Shown: piece after piece, positions 10,891-26,310 of the stretch
How the letters are laid out: every line of letters begins with the position of its first letter
Position numbering within the stretch: the first letter of the stretch is position 1
Assembly (NCBI RefSeq): GCF_006345805.1
Contig: NC_043010.1
Span: forward strand, 59,830,001 to 59,894,000
Source: Octopus sinensis
Lineage: Eukaryota
Direction: 5' to 3'
Length of the DNA: 64,000 nucleotides
Translations under genes and position numbers: made by a program
The notes under the pieces: model-generated
Databases searched by the model: none
Told to the model about the DNA's origin: nothing
Seen by the model: the letters and a program-made list of their open reading frames with translations, nothing else

Positions 10891-11406
10891 AGGCAATGAG
10901 CTGGCAGATACATTAGCACACCGGGCAAAATGCTTAGCAGTATTTCATGGCTTTACATTCTAAGTCTAAATTCCGCTGAGGTTGACCTTACTTTTCATGC
11001 TTTCGAGGAAGATAAATTAAGTACCAGTCACCTCTTGGGAGCAATCTAATCAACTGGCCCCCTCCCCAAAAATTTCGTGCCTTGTGCCTAGAGTAGAAAA
11101 GAATATTTTTAATAAGAATTTCCATAAGTGATGCTTTGAAATGATAAGAATATTTGCAAACAAATGAAGGTTAATGATCAGAATTTCCTGCAAAGAAGAT
11201 GGCAAACATGCAGAACCATTCGTGCAGCAGGTAAAATGCCTGACAGCATTTTGTCTGTTTTTACGTTCTGAGTTGAAATTCTACCAATGTCAACTTGGCT
11301 TTTTCTCCTTTCAGGATCGATAAAATAAGTACCAGTTGAGTACTTGGGTTGATGTAACTGACTCATCCCCCCCCCCTAAACTACTGGCCTTGTGCCAAAA
11401 TTTGAA
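10891..11406 (+). mobile_element. Two degenerate octopus-type tRNA-derived SINEs (about 10891-11106 and 11195-11406)
   Basis: Both share the skeleton gagctggcaga..ttagca..gggcaaaatgcttagc...ttctgagtt.aaattc...gtc.acttt...gataaa.taagtaccagt...ccttgtgcc. Related copies occur at 25610-25806, about 42050-42300, and reversed at about 49240-49410. Confidence 0.7.
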
Positions 11407-12195
11407 TTGAATATTGACTGAAAGTCTCTTCTTTTCTTTATTCTGGTCACTCTGTATTTTATCTTGCAGTTGTCCTTACTCTAACTTAATATGACCTCTT
11501 CATTGAAAACCCTTTTGATCATTGTTTCTCTGGTGATTTTAACTTTTTCCCAAAATTTTGTATCTCAGATAAATATGAAGTTATTGTGTGAAATATATAT
11601 ATATATATTCACCATGACCCACAGACGTTCTGCTTCTTATTTTACTTGAAAATCTTTGCTTTAATTCCTCCATGAGTTTTAACATTTATATGGTAATATG
11701 GAAACATTATTTATTATAGAGAGGAATACACCATTATTGTATTTCCTTTCCTGGTGATTCTCCAGGTTTTCAATATATAATGTCGTCCCTCAGTTAAATC
11801 TGTTTTAAATAGTTTTAATGCCAGACACTGTATCATCCTTTGATGTACTGGGGTGCTTGTCTCTAACTGAATGGTCTCCTCATACAGCAAGAAAGTCACA
11901 CTCCTTTGAAAAATGATAATGAATGCTAATAAGGGTTTATTAAAGATTTCACAATTATACTATCATCATTGTCATCTTCATCATCATCAATGATATAGTG
12001 AATATTATTGGAATACCTAGAGGTAAAGCAGGAAGAGATAGAAACATTTAATACAATAAAAAGATATTTATTTCAATGTGGTTAATAGAGTAAATAGAGT
12101 AAATATCATTGATCTCTTGATGTTTTCCATGATCTGAATGCCAGTGGTGTACCTTTTTTATTTTCAGATCAATTGACTGGTATTTTATTCAACAA

Positions 12196-15100
12196 ATGAA
12201 GATGGTCTTAATAGCGATTTGGATATTACAGTCTCTGCTTCACTGTTCTGTCTCTAAAGACATTGTTTACCATGTGAAAGAAGAGAACAGTCCTGTTATC
12301 AACATAGGAGACATTACTGCTGATTCCCAGTTAAAGGACACTGCATTATTATCGTTCAGTCAGTTGCAACAGAAGGGAACACAGCTGTTTAATGTGACCA
12401 ACACTGGGAAGATATACACCACACAAACACTGGATGCTGAGTCTCTGTGTACTTTTGAGAAAGAATGCTTTCACACAATTAAGGTAGCCGTTCATAAAGC
12501 AGGTAAATTTATAAAGATATTGAAAATTAAGGTGATTATAGAAGACATCAATGACCATCAACCAGAGTTTCCTGTCGAAGAAATTAAGATGGAATTTAGA
12601 GAAGCAGATGGGAAAGGGACAAAACAATCGATTCCCAATGCCATTGACAAAGATGTTGGATTACAGAATAGATTAGTGAATTACGAATTGAAGGGAAATA
12701 ACCAACAGTTTTCTTTGTCCACATTCAAAAGAGCAGACGGAGTATCATTTCTTGAAATTATATTACAAGGGAAGTTAGACAGAGAGACGAAAGACAGCTA
12801 TAATATAGAAGTGATTGCTAAGGATGGAGGAACTCCACCCAAACAGGGTGTCTTAAATGTGCACATAACTGTGGAAGATGAAAATGATAACAGACCAATT
12901 TTCTCTGAGAAAACATACAATGTCTCCATACAAAATAACCATCAAAGAAATAGACCAGTTGTTGTAATGATAGCAGAAGACTCTGATATTGGAGAAAATG
13001 GTAAAGTTTCATATTATATCAGCCCAACAACATCAACAGATTCAAAAGATAATTTTATTATAAATGAGAAAACTGGAGAAATATTCTTAGCCAAAGAATC
13101 GCAATTTGACAAAATGAAATCATTTAAATTATACATTGAAGCCAGAGATGGTGGTAACTCTCCTCTCAGTTCCATTGCAACTGTTATGGTAAATGTCATC
13201 AACCAGCAGAACAATCCTCCAAATATTGATGTGAACTTTATTTCTACACAGAATCACAACACAGCTACCATTCTGGAAGACATCAAAGTTGGTAGTTTCA
13301 TTGCTTATGTGATGGTCACTGACAATGATGTTGGACACAATGGAGAGGTGAACTGTCATATCAAAGACGACACATTCAAACTACAGTCAATGGGATCGAA
13401 GGAATATAAAATAGTTCTAAAGAAAGCAGTAGACAGAGAGACACAGGAACATTATCACTTTACTGTGTCGTGTGAAGATAAAGGATTACCTGCTCTGAAA
13501 ACTGATAAAGATCTGTCAATCCAAGTGTTGGATGTGAATGATGTAGAACCACACTTTACGAAAGACACATTCAAGTTCCTTACCTATGAGAATGACAAAG
13601 CTAATTTCCCTATTGGCTTTATCAATGCTACAGACCCAGATATTGGTAAGGGAGGTGAATTGTCTTATTCTCTGAGAAATAAACAGCAATATCGTCTGCC
13701 ATTCCAGATTATCAACTCTGGCTTTATTTCAACAAACCAGTCTTTAGACAGAGAACACAGAGATTTCTATGAGTTTGAGGTTTTTGTGAAAGACAATGGA
13801 AGCCCATCTCTGAATAACACAGTGAATGTTGAAGTGGAAGTATTGGATAGAAATGATAATGCTCCATATTTTACATTTCCTAGTGTTGACCCTTTCACTC
13901 TTAATGTCCACTATCATCCGCAAAGTAAGAACGACATCACAGTTCTGAAAGCATCTGATATAGACAGTCACATGAATGCTTTTCTCAGGTACGAAATCGT
14001 TTCAGGTAACGAGAGACAGTTATTTAAACTGGATTCGTTCACTGGTGTGTTATCTTACTCTCGCACAGTTTACCAAAATGATGCCGGATCATATGAGCTT
14101 GAGTTTGTTGTGAAAGACAGTGGTACTCCAGTTCTGTCGGCAACAACTAGTGTGTCTTTGACCCTGACTGTTAGTAACAAGACGTCACCAATGTTCACAG
14201 CTGTGCACCTACCAAGTGATAACACAATAGATGCGACATTGTTGATTATCATTGTAGTAGCAGCTGTGATAGTATCTATAGCTATTGTGGTTTCTATAAC
14301 CCTGTGTATTGTGAGATGTAACAATGTGAGAAATAGCTCATCTGAAAGAACAGCAGAAGAGAAACAGGCATACCAATGTCGCAATGAGATGAGACAGTTG
14401 ATCTATCAAGGTAACAACAGTGTACCTGTGATGTCAGGTAATCAAGGAGAGATGTCAGACAGATACGGTCATTCGAGGAGCCATTACTATCCAGATGACT
14501 GGAAGATGTCTACAATCAACAGAACACTCCAGAAATCCACAAAGGTAAGCTCTATTTCCAGTAAACATCTTCAAGTAAATAATCTCCAAATTAAATGCCT
14601 AATTTGTTTCATCTCTGGATAAATGTAATGTTGTATGAATTACAACTGCTAAATCATGTCATTTTTCAGAATTGTTATGAAAGAAGATCATTTCGTAGAA
14701 AAGATTGTCGATTAAAAGTTATAGTACACAATATGCAACGCATCGTAAACTACTAACTCTTTCTGAAACCATATTCTGATAGTGGAAGACAGTTGTTAAC
14801 CATTTGAATCTTGATAAAGGTCATTCTGCTAGATAAATGTAGACATTCATCTAATGTTCCATACATTGTATAGTTTGTGAACAAATTGAATGCTGATTTG
14901 CTTACAGGGTACACTTTGTAGGAAAGTGGGAAAAAAATCACACAGTAACGTCTGTATATATCCTGATTGAAAGATTCCCTCTTGAATTGAACAAGTTGTA
15001 AAGTTTTACCATTGATGAATATCAATAACAGTATTTCAGCCCTTCATTTTCTGTTGGTGTGGGTTCTGTCTGAATACCAAGAGCTCTTCCAAGAACTTGA

Positions 15101-16236
15101 GAAATTTAAGTTGACACATATTCTCAAACTGGATGACAGATCTGACTTCATGTTAGCTGCAATACTTGCTCATGTGTTAAATATTCCAAGCAACAACTGA
15201 CATTGACCACATAGTGTAGTTGGAAATCATATCTCTAATCTCGGGTAATAACAGCTGGTTCACCATACAAGTAACTGTGGACAGAGAATGAAAATGAATT
15301 GCTGTAAATGAATGTAAGATCAGCTAATAGATTCACTGTAATAATATTTAATAAGATATGAAAGATGCTATGTAGATACATGGCACTTTTAAGAACAGTC
15401 TAATATAGCATCATTTCAACTGCAGGTCACTGGCAATGTTGTTTCCTATTACAAAACATCCAAAGACTTCTGAAAGTATCTCACCAATAATTTTCTCTTT
15501 ATAAATTTCTATTAATATTTGATCAATATTTTATGAAAACACCTTCGTATATCCCTTCTCATGGTGTATGTGTGACGTTATTCGCATTCATTGTGGATTG
15601 TGGCAAAATGAGTTTCTGAATTGTTTCATAAACAATTGTTTAATAAAGAAACATGTAAAATATATTTAGATGATATAGTGATACTATTACCTATGTGACA
15701 GTTAAATCTGTTTTTTTTAGAATTTTGTACTAAGCATATTTTAGATTACAGAGGCACATCATTTTATTATAACTGGATACAATAATATTTTACAGCAGAA
15801 ATACAGTCAACCGATTGAGGTGACATCTTATGGAGACAACAGACCATCTTCTCACTATCCCACTGACACACTGACCAGTCGTAAGAGCAGTGGACAGTGC
15901 TGGAGTGAGCGGTCAAGTAGACAGTATGAAGAAATACCAGCAATGTCAGGTAGGATATCAATCCATTCTCATTTAATATTACAGTAATTCATTACTAATT
16001 ATCGTACTAATTATTGTTGTAGACTGAGATGTAATTAGTTCTGTCTGTGTGTCCCTAGAGTATTTCTGATGATGGTGATTGTTTCAGACATTGCTACATT
16101 AAAACAATGTTTTGCAGGGATCTATGGTAGCCAACAGGATACACCAGTGAACCCCGAAAGGCAACAGTATCAAGACAGATATGTGAAACCTCCAGAGAGA
16201 CAGTTACCTTCAACACCAGATGTCATTACTAACTGA
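12196..16236 (+). CDS. Protocadherin copy 2, about 873 aa
   Basis: join(12196-14544, 15796-15949, 16118-16236); acceptor at 12168; donor ACAAAG|gtaagc; same domain layout as copy 1. Confidence 0.95.
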
Positions 16237-16397
16237 CCACTGGTCATTTAACTAAATATTGACCCTTTACAATGACATTTCCATCAACACACACATACAA
16301 ATTTAAACAAATGCAGAAGTTTTCTCTTTACCTTACAGTTACAATATTATATACCAAACATATGATATAATACATACACACTAATAATGAAGTCAGC

Positions 16398-16439
<42 letters not shown>

Positions 16440-16675
16440 CACAGAGAGGAATTTTGCATAATATTTATGATATTTCCCAAATATCTCTAAAATTAAATTA
16501 GAATACATTTAAAATATATTTCTCTATTTTTTACAGCAGTGTTATTAAAATCTAAGACAGGAAATTATATTTAAAAATGATACCAAAATAAACCTGCCTG
16601 AAAATTAGAATATCCCTTCTCTATTTGTTCCTACATCCTCCATTATAGGTTGGGTGTATATTTAGGTCAGACACA

Positions 16676-17208
16676 TCTTAACCAGAACTGTTCTATATTA
16701 ACATCATTTGTTAGTAATATATTTACCAATATCAGTGATGTTTTGTTAATATGAGATCCGTATGAAACACTGAATATATATATATATCTATGCCAGTCTC
16801 TCTCTCTCTCTCTCTCTCTCTACATCAGACATGTTGGTGTTATATGGACTTCTTATGGCTGACTGTTAGTGGAGCTGATATTGTTTGTTCTCTTTCTTTC
16901 TTTCCCTCTTCTCTTTGAGGGAAACACAGCATCTTGTGTGTGTGAGGCTGGAGCAAGCATCACCCATCCCTCCTCTCTCTCTCTCTCTCTTACACGCATA
17001 TGCACACACACACACTCACTAAACACCACACATCCACAAAGGAAGACTGAGAGGGAACTGCTGGTTCCCACTGACTCACCACCAACACTATTCCATCAAC
17101 ATGAAGCCATTGTCACACCATAGCAGCAGTGACACAGACAACCATTAACAACAGAACATTGGGACCAAGTCACACTTTATACAACAAAGGATTTTACACA
17201 CAATGAAG
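16676..17208 (+). promoter_or_regulatory. Promoter and leader exon of copy 3
   Basis: Near-identical conserved block; donor after 17208. Confidence 0.75.
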
Positions 17209-17985
17209 GTAAGTTTATGAATGTTTATTTGGTATTATTAAGATATTTGACTGATGATTGTTGTAGAAACTTTCTTCAGCCATCTTTTACTATAGAATAT
17301 AACAAATAGAAATTATGTCAGTAGACATTTAAAGATGGTCTTTGCCAGTTACACGCTTTCTGTTGAGATTTATATGTTCATGATTGATATTTTGCTGTTA
17401 GGAAATGTGAAATAATATTTAATTATGGTTATTTTCCAAGTGAAATATATTTAAATCCAGTCAGTTTGTTGTCTCTTATTTGCAGACATCTTCCTATTAT
17501 TATCAGTATTGATAATGTATAATATATAACCAGAAGATGTTCTTTATTGTGTGTATTTAAAAAAGAATCTGAGTGTTTCTTGTGAAGGATGTTTTGAGAG
17601 AGTCAAGTATCATTATTGTGTTTATATGTAAGAATGGGTTATATTAATATAAAATATTAAAGTGAAACTGGGAGAAGAGTTGACAAGATGGTGGTTTAGT
17701 GTCAACATAAATAATCAATATTGTGTTGTGGTATTATTTAAGTCTTTCTAAATTTAATATTGTATCAGATTTTATTGGTTTTCATGTATTTGCTGCCTTT
17801 AAGGTGAACTAGTATCATATTGGTCTTGTTTATAAATATATATTTTAATTAAATATTGCTTTATAGATTTATGTGTATCTTATCCCAGTTGTATTTTCCT
17901 TCCTTCATTGACTTAAAAAATCTCTTGTTGAAGGCAATTTGTTTCTTAAAAACTATATACAAATGAATTATTATTAATATATTAT

Positions 17986-18041
17986 AGTCCAACCCATGCC
18001 AGCATGGAAAGCGGACGTTAAATGATGATGATGATGATGAT
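17986..18041 (+). mobile_element. Extreme 3' tip of an RTE-type LINE
   Basis: gtccaacccatgccagcatggaaagcggacgttaaa followed by a (TGA)n tail; it matches the reverse complement of the RTE end at 26311-26360. Confidence 0.7.
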
Positions 18042-18137
18042 AACTATTGGTAGCTTAAGAAATATAGCTACCCTTGATTCGTTTTTGTCTTTTGTCATAT
18101 AGGTCAGAGTATACTAAGATTGCATTAAATCACAATA

Positions 18138-18176
<39 letters not shown>

Positions 18177-19069
18177 TTTGATATAAATATACTGTAAATG
18201 TATTTTATCAATCCCTTTCATTTACATATCTTATTTTTTTTAATATTTATTCATAGTACTAATACTTCTGCTGAAATATCAATTCGTGTTTCTGCAGTAA
18301 TTTAACTTATTTCAATGTACAGAAAATTTCCTAGAATAATTTAACAGTCAACATTATCAAGAGAAGATAATGTTATTTTAATTTTGGTGTAAGAAATTAT
18401 CTTTAAAAGTATTTTATATAATATACTATTGGAACAGTACTAAGTGACGTTATTAGGTAAGTGTGGTATGGCTGAATTCAGTCATTTTAAAAGCATTTGA
18501 TGAAACTACATCGAAACATGGAGACATATCTGGACCATCACCACCACCACCATCATCACTTAATGTCTCTCTTCAATAGTTAAATTTTGACAATTGCCAA
18601 GGTAACATCTATAGTTGTTACTTATTGTGCTCCAGCATGGACACAACCATTAACACAATGGAACTGTTGCAGTAAATGACAGTGTAATTTAAATCATATC
18701 AGTGATATGAATCCAGATGTGATTCTGCTTCATAGATTCAGCCAGCTGTGCACCTCCTCCTCCCAAATCAAGCTATAATATTAACTAATATTCTTATTTG
18801 TTTCTCTACTAAACTCTGACGCATCCCACCGTTCTCCTGCCTTTGACCTGCATCAGACAAACTCATCTTGATGCTCTGCTAAGTTATGGGTGCAACCATT
18901 TCCCCTCCACCGATAAATTATTCCACATTACAGACCATTCTAAGTTTCTTTTAATGTTTTACATATTATATTTCCATGTTTTACCAACGATATTTTATTG
19001 TTTCTTCACATATGAAAGACACTTTTCTCTCATAATTTCAGATTAATTAACTCGTATTTAACTCAACAA

Positions 19070-22000
19070 ATGAAGATGGTCTTAATAGCGATATGGATAT
19101 TACAGTCTCTGCTTCACTGTTCTGTCTCTAAAGACATTGTTTACCATGTGAAAGAAGAGAACAGTCCTGTTATCAACATAGGAGACATTACTGCTGATTC
19201 CCAGTTAAAGGACACTGCATTATTATCGTTCAGTCAGTTGCAACAGAAGGGAACACAGCTGTTTAATGTGACCACCACTGGGAAGATATACACCACACAA
19301 ACACTGGATGCTGAGTCTCTGTGTACTTTTGAGAAAGAATGCTTTCACACAATTAAGGTAGCAGTTCATAAAGCAGGTAAATTTATAAAGATATTGAAAA
19401 TTAAGGTGATTATAGAAGACATCAATGACCATCAACCAGAGTTTCCTGTCGAAGAAATTAAATTAACATTTGAGGAAGGTGATGGAGTAGGTATGAAAAA
19501 GTCCATCCCCAATGCCATTGACAAAGATGTTGGATTACAGAACAGATTAGTGAATTACGAATTGAAGGGAAATAACCAACAGTTTTCTTTGTCCACATTT
19601 CAGATAGCTGATAGTTTGCTTTCATTAGAAATCGTTTTAGAAGGAAAGTTAGATAGGGAGACGAAAGACAGCTATAATATAGAAGTGATTGCTAAGGATG
19701 GAGGAAGTCCACCCAAACAGGGTGTCTTAAATGTGCACATAACTGTGAAAGATGAAAATGATAACAGACCAATTTTCTCTGATAAAACATACAATGTCTC
19801 TATACAAAATAACCATCAAAGGAATAGACCAGTTGTTGTAATGTTGGCAGAAGACGCTGATATTGGAGAAAATGGTAAAGTTTCATATTATATCAGTTCC
19901 TTAACATCTAAAGACTCAATGAACAACTTTAGGATAGAGCAGCAATCAGGGGAAATATTCCAGTCTAAACATTCTAATTTAGAAAAGAAGAAATCATTTA
20001 AATTATACATTGAAGCCAGAGATGGGGGCAACCCTCCTCTCAGTTCCATAGCAACTGTTATGGTAAATGTCATCAACCAGCAGAACAATCCTCCAAATAT
20101 TGATGTGAACTTTATTTCTACACAGAATCACAACACAGCTACTATTCTGGAAGACATCAAAGTTGGTAGTTTCATTGCTTATGTGATGGTCACTGACAAC
20201 GATGTTGGACACAATGGACAGGTGAACTGTCATATCAAAGATGACACATTCAAACTACAGTCAATGGGATCGAAGGAATATAAAATAGTTCTAAAGAAAG
20301 CAGTAGACAGAGAGACACAGGAACATTATCACTTTACTGTGTCGTGTGAAGATAAAGGATTACCTGCTCTGAAAATTGATAAAGATCTGTCAATCCAAGT
20401 GTTGGATGTGAATGATGTAGAGCCACACTTTACGAAAGACACATTCAAGTTCCTTACCTATGAGAATGACAAAGCTAATTTCCCTATTGGCTTTATCAAT
20501 GCTACAGACCCAGATATTGGTAAGGGAGGTGAATTGTCTTATTCTCTGAGAAATAAACAGCAATATCGTCTGCCATTCCAGATTATCAACTCTGGCTTTA
20601 TTTCAACAAACCAGTCTTTAGACAGAGAACACAGAGATTTCTATGAGTTTGAGGTTTTTGTGAAAGACAATGGAAGCCCATCTCTGAATAACACAGTGAA
20701 TGTTGAAGTGGAAGTATTGGATAGAAATGATAATGCTCCATATTTTACATTTCCTAGTGTTGACCATTTCACTCTTAATGTCCACTATCATCCGCAAAGT
20801 AAGAACGACATCACAGTTCTGAAAGCATCTGATATAGACAGTCACATGAATGCTTTTCTCAGGTACGAAATCGTTTCAGGTAACGAGAGACAGTTATTTA
20901 AACTGGATTCGTTCACTGGTGTGTTATCTTACTCTCGCACAGTTTACCAAAATGATGCCGGATCATATGAGCTTGAGTTTGTTGTGAAAGACAGTGGTAC
21001 TCCAGTTCTGTCAGCAACAACTAGTGTGTCTTTGACACTGACTGTTAGTAACAAGACGTCACCAATGTTCACAGCTGTGCACCTACCAAGTGATAACACA
21101 ATAGATGCGACATTGTTGATTATCATTGTAGTAGCAGCTGTGATAGTATCTATTGCTATTGTGGTTTCTATAACCCTGTGTATTGTGAGATGTAACAATG
21201 TGAGAAATAGCTCATCTGAAAGAACAGCAGAAGAGAAACAGGCATACCAATGTCGCAATGAGATGAGACAGTTGATCTATCAAGGTAACAACAGTGTACC
21301 TGTGATGTCAGGTAATCGAGGAGAGATGTCAGACAGATACGGTCATTCGAGGAGCCATTACTATCCAGATGACTGGAAGATGTCTACAATGAACAGAACA
21401 CTCCAGAAATCTACACGGGTAAGTATTATTTGGAATATATATATATTGTAAGTTTGTCTTCGTGTTGTAATAATTTGACTGCTATAAATATTACTTGGTG
21501 ACATATATCTGATAAAAATTTCCTTTCAGAATTGTGTATCATGTGATTAGTATGTGATTTACTTGAAGACACTTTGTATAAATAATCACCATAGGCAGTA
21601 AATTGGTCAGATTGTGGCCCTAGATATATAGCTTGGCAGTAGATTGGTGCAGTGGGGAATATGTATCTCTTAAATGACTTGTGTCAATTACTTTCACCTC
21701 TTTATGTTAAAGCATAAATTTCCTTATTCGTTAGTGGATGACATAAGCATCCTAGTATTGCCAGAATCAGTAGATGAAATACCCTGTTGTATCTGTTCTC
21801 AATTCTTACCTTTTTATTCCAAATTTTAGTAAGGACTACTCTACATTTTATCAGTGTTTGAGGGCCTGAATATGCTTATAGGTACTAGAGCTTTCTGTCT
21901 AAAATATATCCACATTCTGATATTTATATATGCAACTGTTACCTATTGTAGAATGTGTGGTATTATTCCTATGTTATATATATATATATATATGCACACA

Positions 22001-23670
22001 TATATATATAATGCAGCACCAGTAAATATTTCATAAATATTCAATTTTCTTTCGGGGACAATCAGAAAGCTGCACTTAGAATATTCTTAAAAGTTATTTG
22101 CCAATATTTACATCTAAAGTGAAATTGTCCTTTAGATTGTTCTGACAAGTGTGTCATGAAATGTGATTGTACCAAGATTTTACAATCAATGAATATTGAT
22201 TTCTGCTATAAGTTTGAAATGGTGGAAATGATTTTTGAAATTTGAGTAATGTTATGAAGTGTTGTTGGTTGCCCTGAGGATACTGAGACTCATCGAGGTG
22301 TGAGAATAAAGAACAAGAAAAAGGGCGTCATGTAATGTGTAATACTCAAGGAGACCCATGCATCATGGCAAAAGTCACTTCTGGATGCATTAAATGTGCA
22401 TATATTACATATATGTGTACAAATGGGCCCATCCAAATTCCTCATGTCACCGCTTCATGTCTCCCACTGTAATCCTCTCATCATTTTATGATTTTTCCTT
22501 CTACCATTCAGAGTGTTCTCTGCACCCATACGTAACAATGATAGTTCTTTCTCCTAGTATCCTTGACCCCTCACAAACCACCAGATTACATACGATCTCT
22601 GCTCTCACCTCTCCTGCAACACCCTTCAACTTAACCCAATCTTTACAGATGTTGGATTCCTTCCCTTACCGTCTTCCATTTTACCCATCTCTTTGAAACC
22701 CCCACCTCCTCATGCTCCTAATTTCTCTGTCCCCACCCACTTCCACTCCTCTCATACCCTGAACTACCTCCTGGACGCCTCATTACCTATCACTACGTTA
22801 ATTACCAAGTAGCTCCTTTACAATGAGAACCTTCTCTGTCCCACCTTTTCTCATACCTTAACCCTTATCTCCTGCCATAAAGGCCTCGTCCTTGGGTTTC
22901 CTAGTCTTGTAAGCCAAATGCTGAACTTGCTCGTACCAGTGGCACTAAAAACACACCCTGTGCATGGTGTAAAATGGTTGGTGTTAGGAAATGCATCCAG
23001 CGATAGAAAAGCTGAGGGCTGGAATACGATGCAGTCTTTTGCCCCATCAGATCCTGTTAAACCATTCAGTCCATGGCAGTCTTGGACATGGACATTAATT
23101 GATGATTATTATGGTTATTATGATGCCCTGCATCTTTCTATAGATGCAACATTATAACGAGTTACTCATTAACATTGTCAATCATGAATGATTTCTTTAA
23201 GTGTTTCTGGTTGCTGTTGTATTTTACAGCAGAAATACAGTCAACCGATCGAGGTGACATCTTATGGAGACAACAGACCATCCTCTAACTATCCCACTGA
23301 TACATTGACCAGTCGTAAGAGTAGTGGACAGTGCTGGAGTGAGCGGTCAAGTAGACAGTATGAAGAAATACCAGCAATGTCAGGTAGGATAACAATCCAT
23401 TCTCATTTAATATTACAGTAATTCATTACTAATTATTGTACTAATTATTGTTGTAGACTGAGATGTAATTAGTTCTGTCTGTGTGTCCGTAGAGTATTTC
23501 TGATGATGGTGATTGTTTCAGACATTGCTACATTAAAACAATCTTTTGCAGGGATCTATGGTAGCCAACAGGATACACCAGGGAACCCCGAAAGACAACA
23601 GTATCAAGACAGATATGTGAAACCTCCAGAGAGACAGTTACCTTCAACACCAGATGTCATTACTAACTGA
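19070..23670 (+). CDS. Protocadherin copy 3, about 873 aa
   Basis: join(19070-21418, 23230-23383, 23552-23670); acceptor at 19042; reading frame intact. Confidence 0.95.
22400..23110 (+). repeat. Degenerate pyrimidine-rich interspersed repeat with an RTE-like 3' end, shared with copy 4 (about 31720-32410)
   Basis: CT-rich body ending ggttggtgttaggaaatgcatccagc...ggacatggacattaa-(gat)n. Related minus-strand pieces lie at about 34690-35300, 35660-36400 and 48540-49030. Confidence 0.55.
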
Positions 23671-24111
23671 CCACTGGTCATTTACTAAATATTGACCCCT
23701 TGCAATACCATTTCAAATACGAACCTCTAACCACACACTCATACAATTTTTGAAAAATACAGACGTTTTATCTTTACCTCACAATTACAATATTATATAT
23801 CAGCATACTATACAATACATACACACTAACTGGAAGTCAGACAGATTTCAACTTGTATCCATAAATACACACACACACACAGGAATTTTGCATAATCTTT
23901 ATGAAATTTCTCAAATATCTCTAAAATTAAATTAGAATATATCTAAAATATATTTCTCTATTTTTTACAACAGTGTTATTAGAATCTAAGACTTAGGAAA
24001 TTATATTTAAAAATGGTACCAAAATAAACCTGCTTGAAAATTAGAATATCCCTTCTCTATTTGTTCCTGCATCCTCCATTATAGGTTGGGTGTATATTTA
24101 GGTCAGACAGA

Positions 24112-24634
24112 TCTTAACCAGAACTGTTCTATATTAACATCATTTGTTAGTAATATATTTACCAATATCAGTGATGTTTTGTTAATATGAGATCCGTATG
24201 AAACACTGAATATATATATATATCTATGCCAGTCTCTCTCTCTCTCTCTCTCTACATCAGACATGTTGGTGTTATATGGACTTCTTATGGCTGACTGTTA
24301 GTGGAGCTGATATTGTTTGTTCTCTTTCTTTCTTTCCCTCTTCTCTTTGAGGGAAACACAGCATCTTGTGTGTGTGAGGCTGGAGCAAGCATCACCCATC
24401 CCTCCTCTCTCTCTCTTACACGCATATGCACACACACACACTCACTAAACACCACACATCCACAAAGGAAGACTGAGAGGGAACTGCTGGTTCCCACTGA
24501 CTCACCACCAACACTATTCCATCAACATGAAGCCATTGTCACACCATAGCAGCAGTGACACAGACAACCATTAACAACAGAACATTGGGACCAAGTCACA
24601 CTTTATACAACAAAGGATTTTACACACAATGAAG
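24112..24634 (+). promoter_or_regulatory. Promoter and leader exon of copy 4
   Basis: Near-identical conserved block; donor after 24634. Confidence 0.75.
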
Positions 24635-26310
24635 GTAAGTTTATGAATGTTTATTTGGTATTATTAAGATATTTGACTGATGATTGTTGTAGAAACTTTC
24701 TTCAGCCATCTTTTACTATAGAATATAACAAATAGAAATTATGTCAGTAGACATTTAAATATGGTCTTTGCCAGTTACACGGTTTCTGTTGAGATTTATA
24801 TGTTCATGATTGATATTTTGCTGTTAGGAAGTGTGAAATAATATTTAATTGTGGTTATTTTCCAAGTGAAATATATTTAAATCCAGTCAGTTTGTTGTCT
24901 CTTATTTGCAGACATCTTCCTATTATTATCAGTATTGATAATGTATAATATATAACCAGAAGATGTTCTTTATTGTGTGTATTTAAAAAAGAATTTGAGT
25001 GTTTCTTGTGAAGGATGTTTTGAGAGAGTCAAGTATCATTATTGTGTTTATATGTAAGAATGGGTTATATTAATATAAAATATTAAAGTGAAACTGGGAG
25101 AAGAGTTGACAAGATGGTGGTTTAGTGTCAACATAAATAATCAATATTGTGTTGTGGTATTATTTAAGTCTTTCTGAATTTAATATAAGATTTTATTGGT
25201 CTTAATCTGTTTGTTGTATTCATACTGAAACAGTGTCCAATTTTGGTCTTGTTTAATGAATGTCTTTTAATTAAATCTGGTATTATTCAGATTTGCAGTG
25301 TTGCTAAAAGAGGTTTTCTGTCCTTAGATGTTTCTTTGAAAAACAAAAATGAATATGATTTTATTGAGCAAGGGAGCTGTGTAAAAATTAACACTTCCTT
25401 TCCTTTGGTTACTTGAAAGGCATACACATGCCCATCGCATTTATACACCTTTAAACAAAACATTTACCATTAACCACTGCAGTTGTATTTATTGTATAAT
25501 ATATCATACGTTTAATATGTATATATTTTTTATTATTTGTCATTTCTGTATATGAGAAATCACATAGTGTTTTATAGAAAACAAATCCAACCTCGCTAAT
25601 TTTTCAGCTATCTTGGCTGAATCATAAGCACACCAAGCAAAATGCTTCGTGGCAGTTTATCTGCCTTTATGTTCTGAGTTCAAATTCTGGTGAGGTAGAC
25701 TTTCTCTCCCATTCTTTTTGGGGTTGATAAATTAATTAACAGTTCAGTACCAGAATTGCCCCATCCCTTGAAATTGCTGTCTGTGTGCCAAAATTTGAAA
25801 GCAATATTTTTAATTAGAATTTCTAAAACTGATCCACTGAAACCATAAGAATCTTTGCAGAGAAATGAAGAATATTGATTAATATTTACTGTAAATCATT
25901 TGTGTTTTCTTTTCAATTTATATTTTATGTTGTTTCCCTCGCAATTTTAACTTTTCCTTAAATTCTGTCTCTCAATTAATTATAGAAAGTTACTGTGTGA
26001 AATAATATATTTACCATTACTCTCAGACTTGTTCCTTATAAGAAAATCTTTGCTTAATACCTCCTTAATGTTTAACATTTATTTATGTCTATACATTTTT
26101 CTGGTAGTTCTCTAGCTTTTCAATTTACTGTGTCATTTTCCCATTGTGTTTCATATATGAATGGTGCTGGACACAAAAGGAAAGTAACTCTGTGTCAACG
26201 TTTGAACCAGTAGGGGAATGTGTATCAGATTGTTTGATCTGCTCATATCACAACCAAACCAAATCCACTCCCATCCCCCATTTCCTCGCCCTGAAAAGGA
26301 CATCACTACC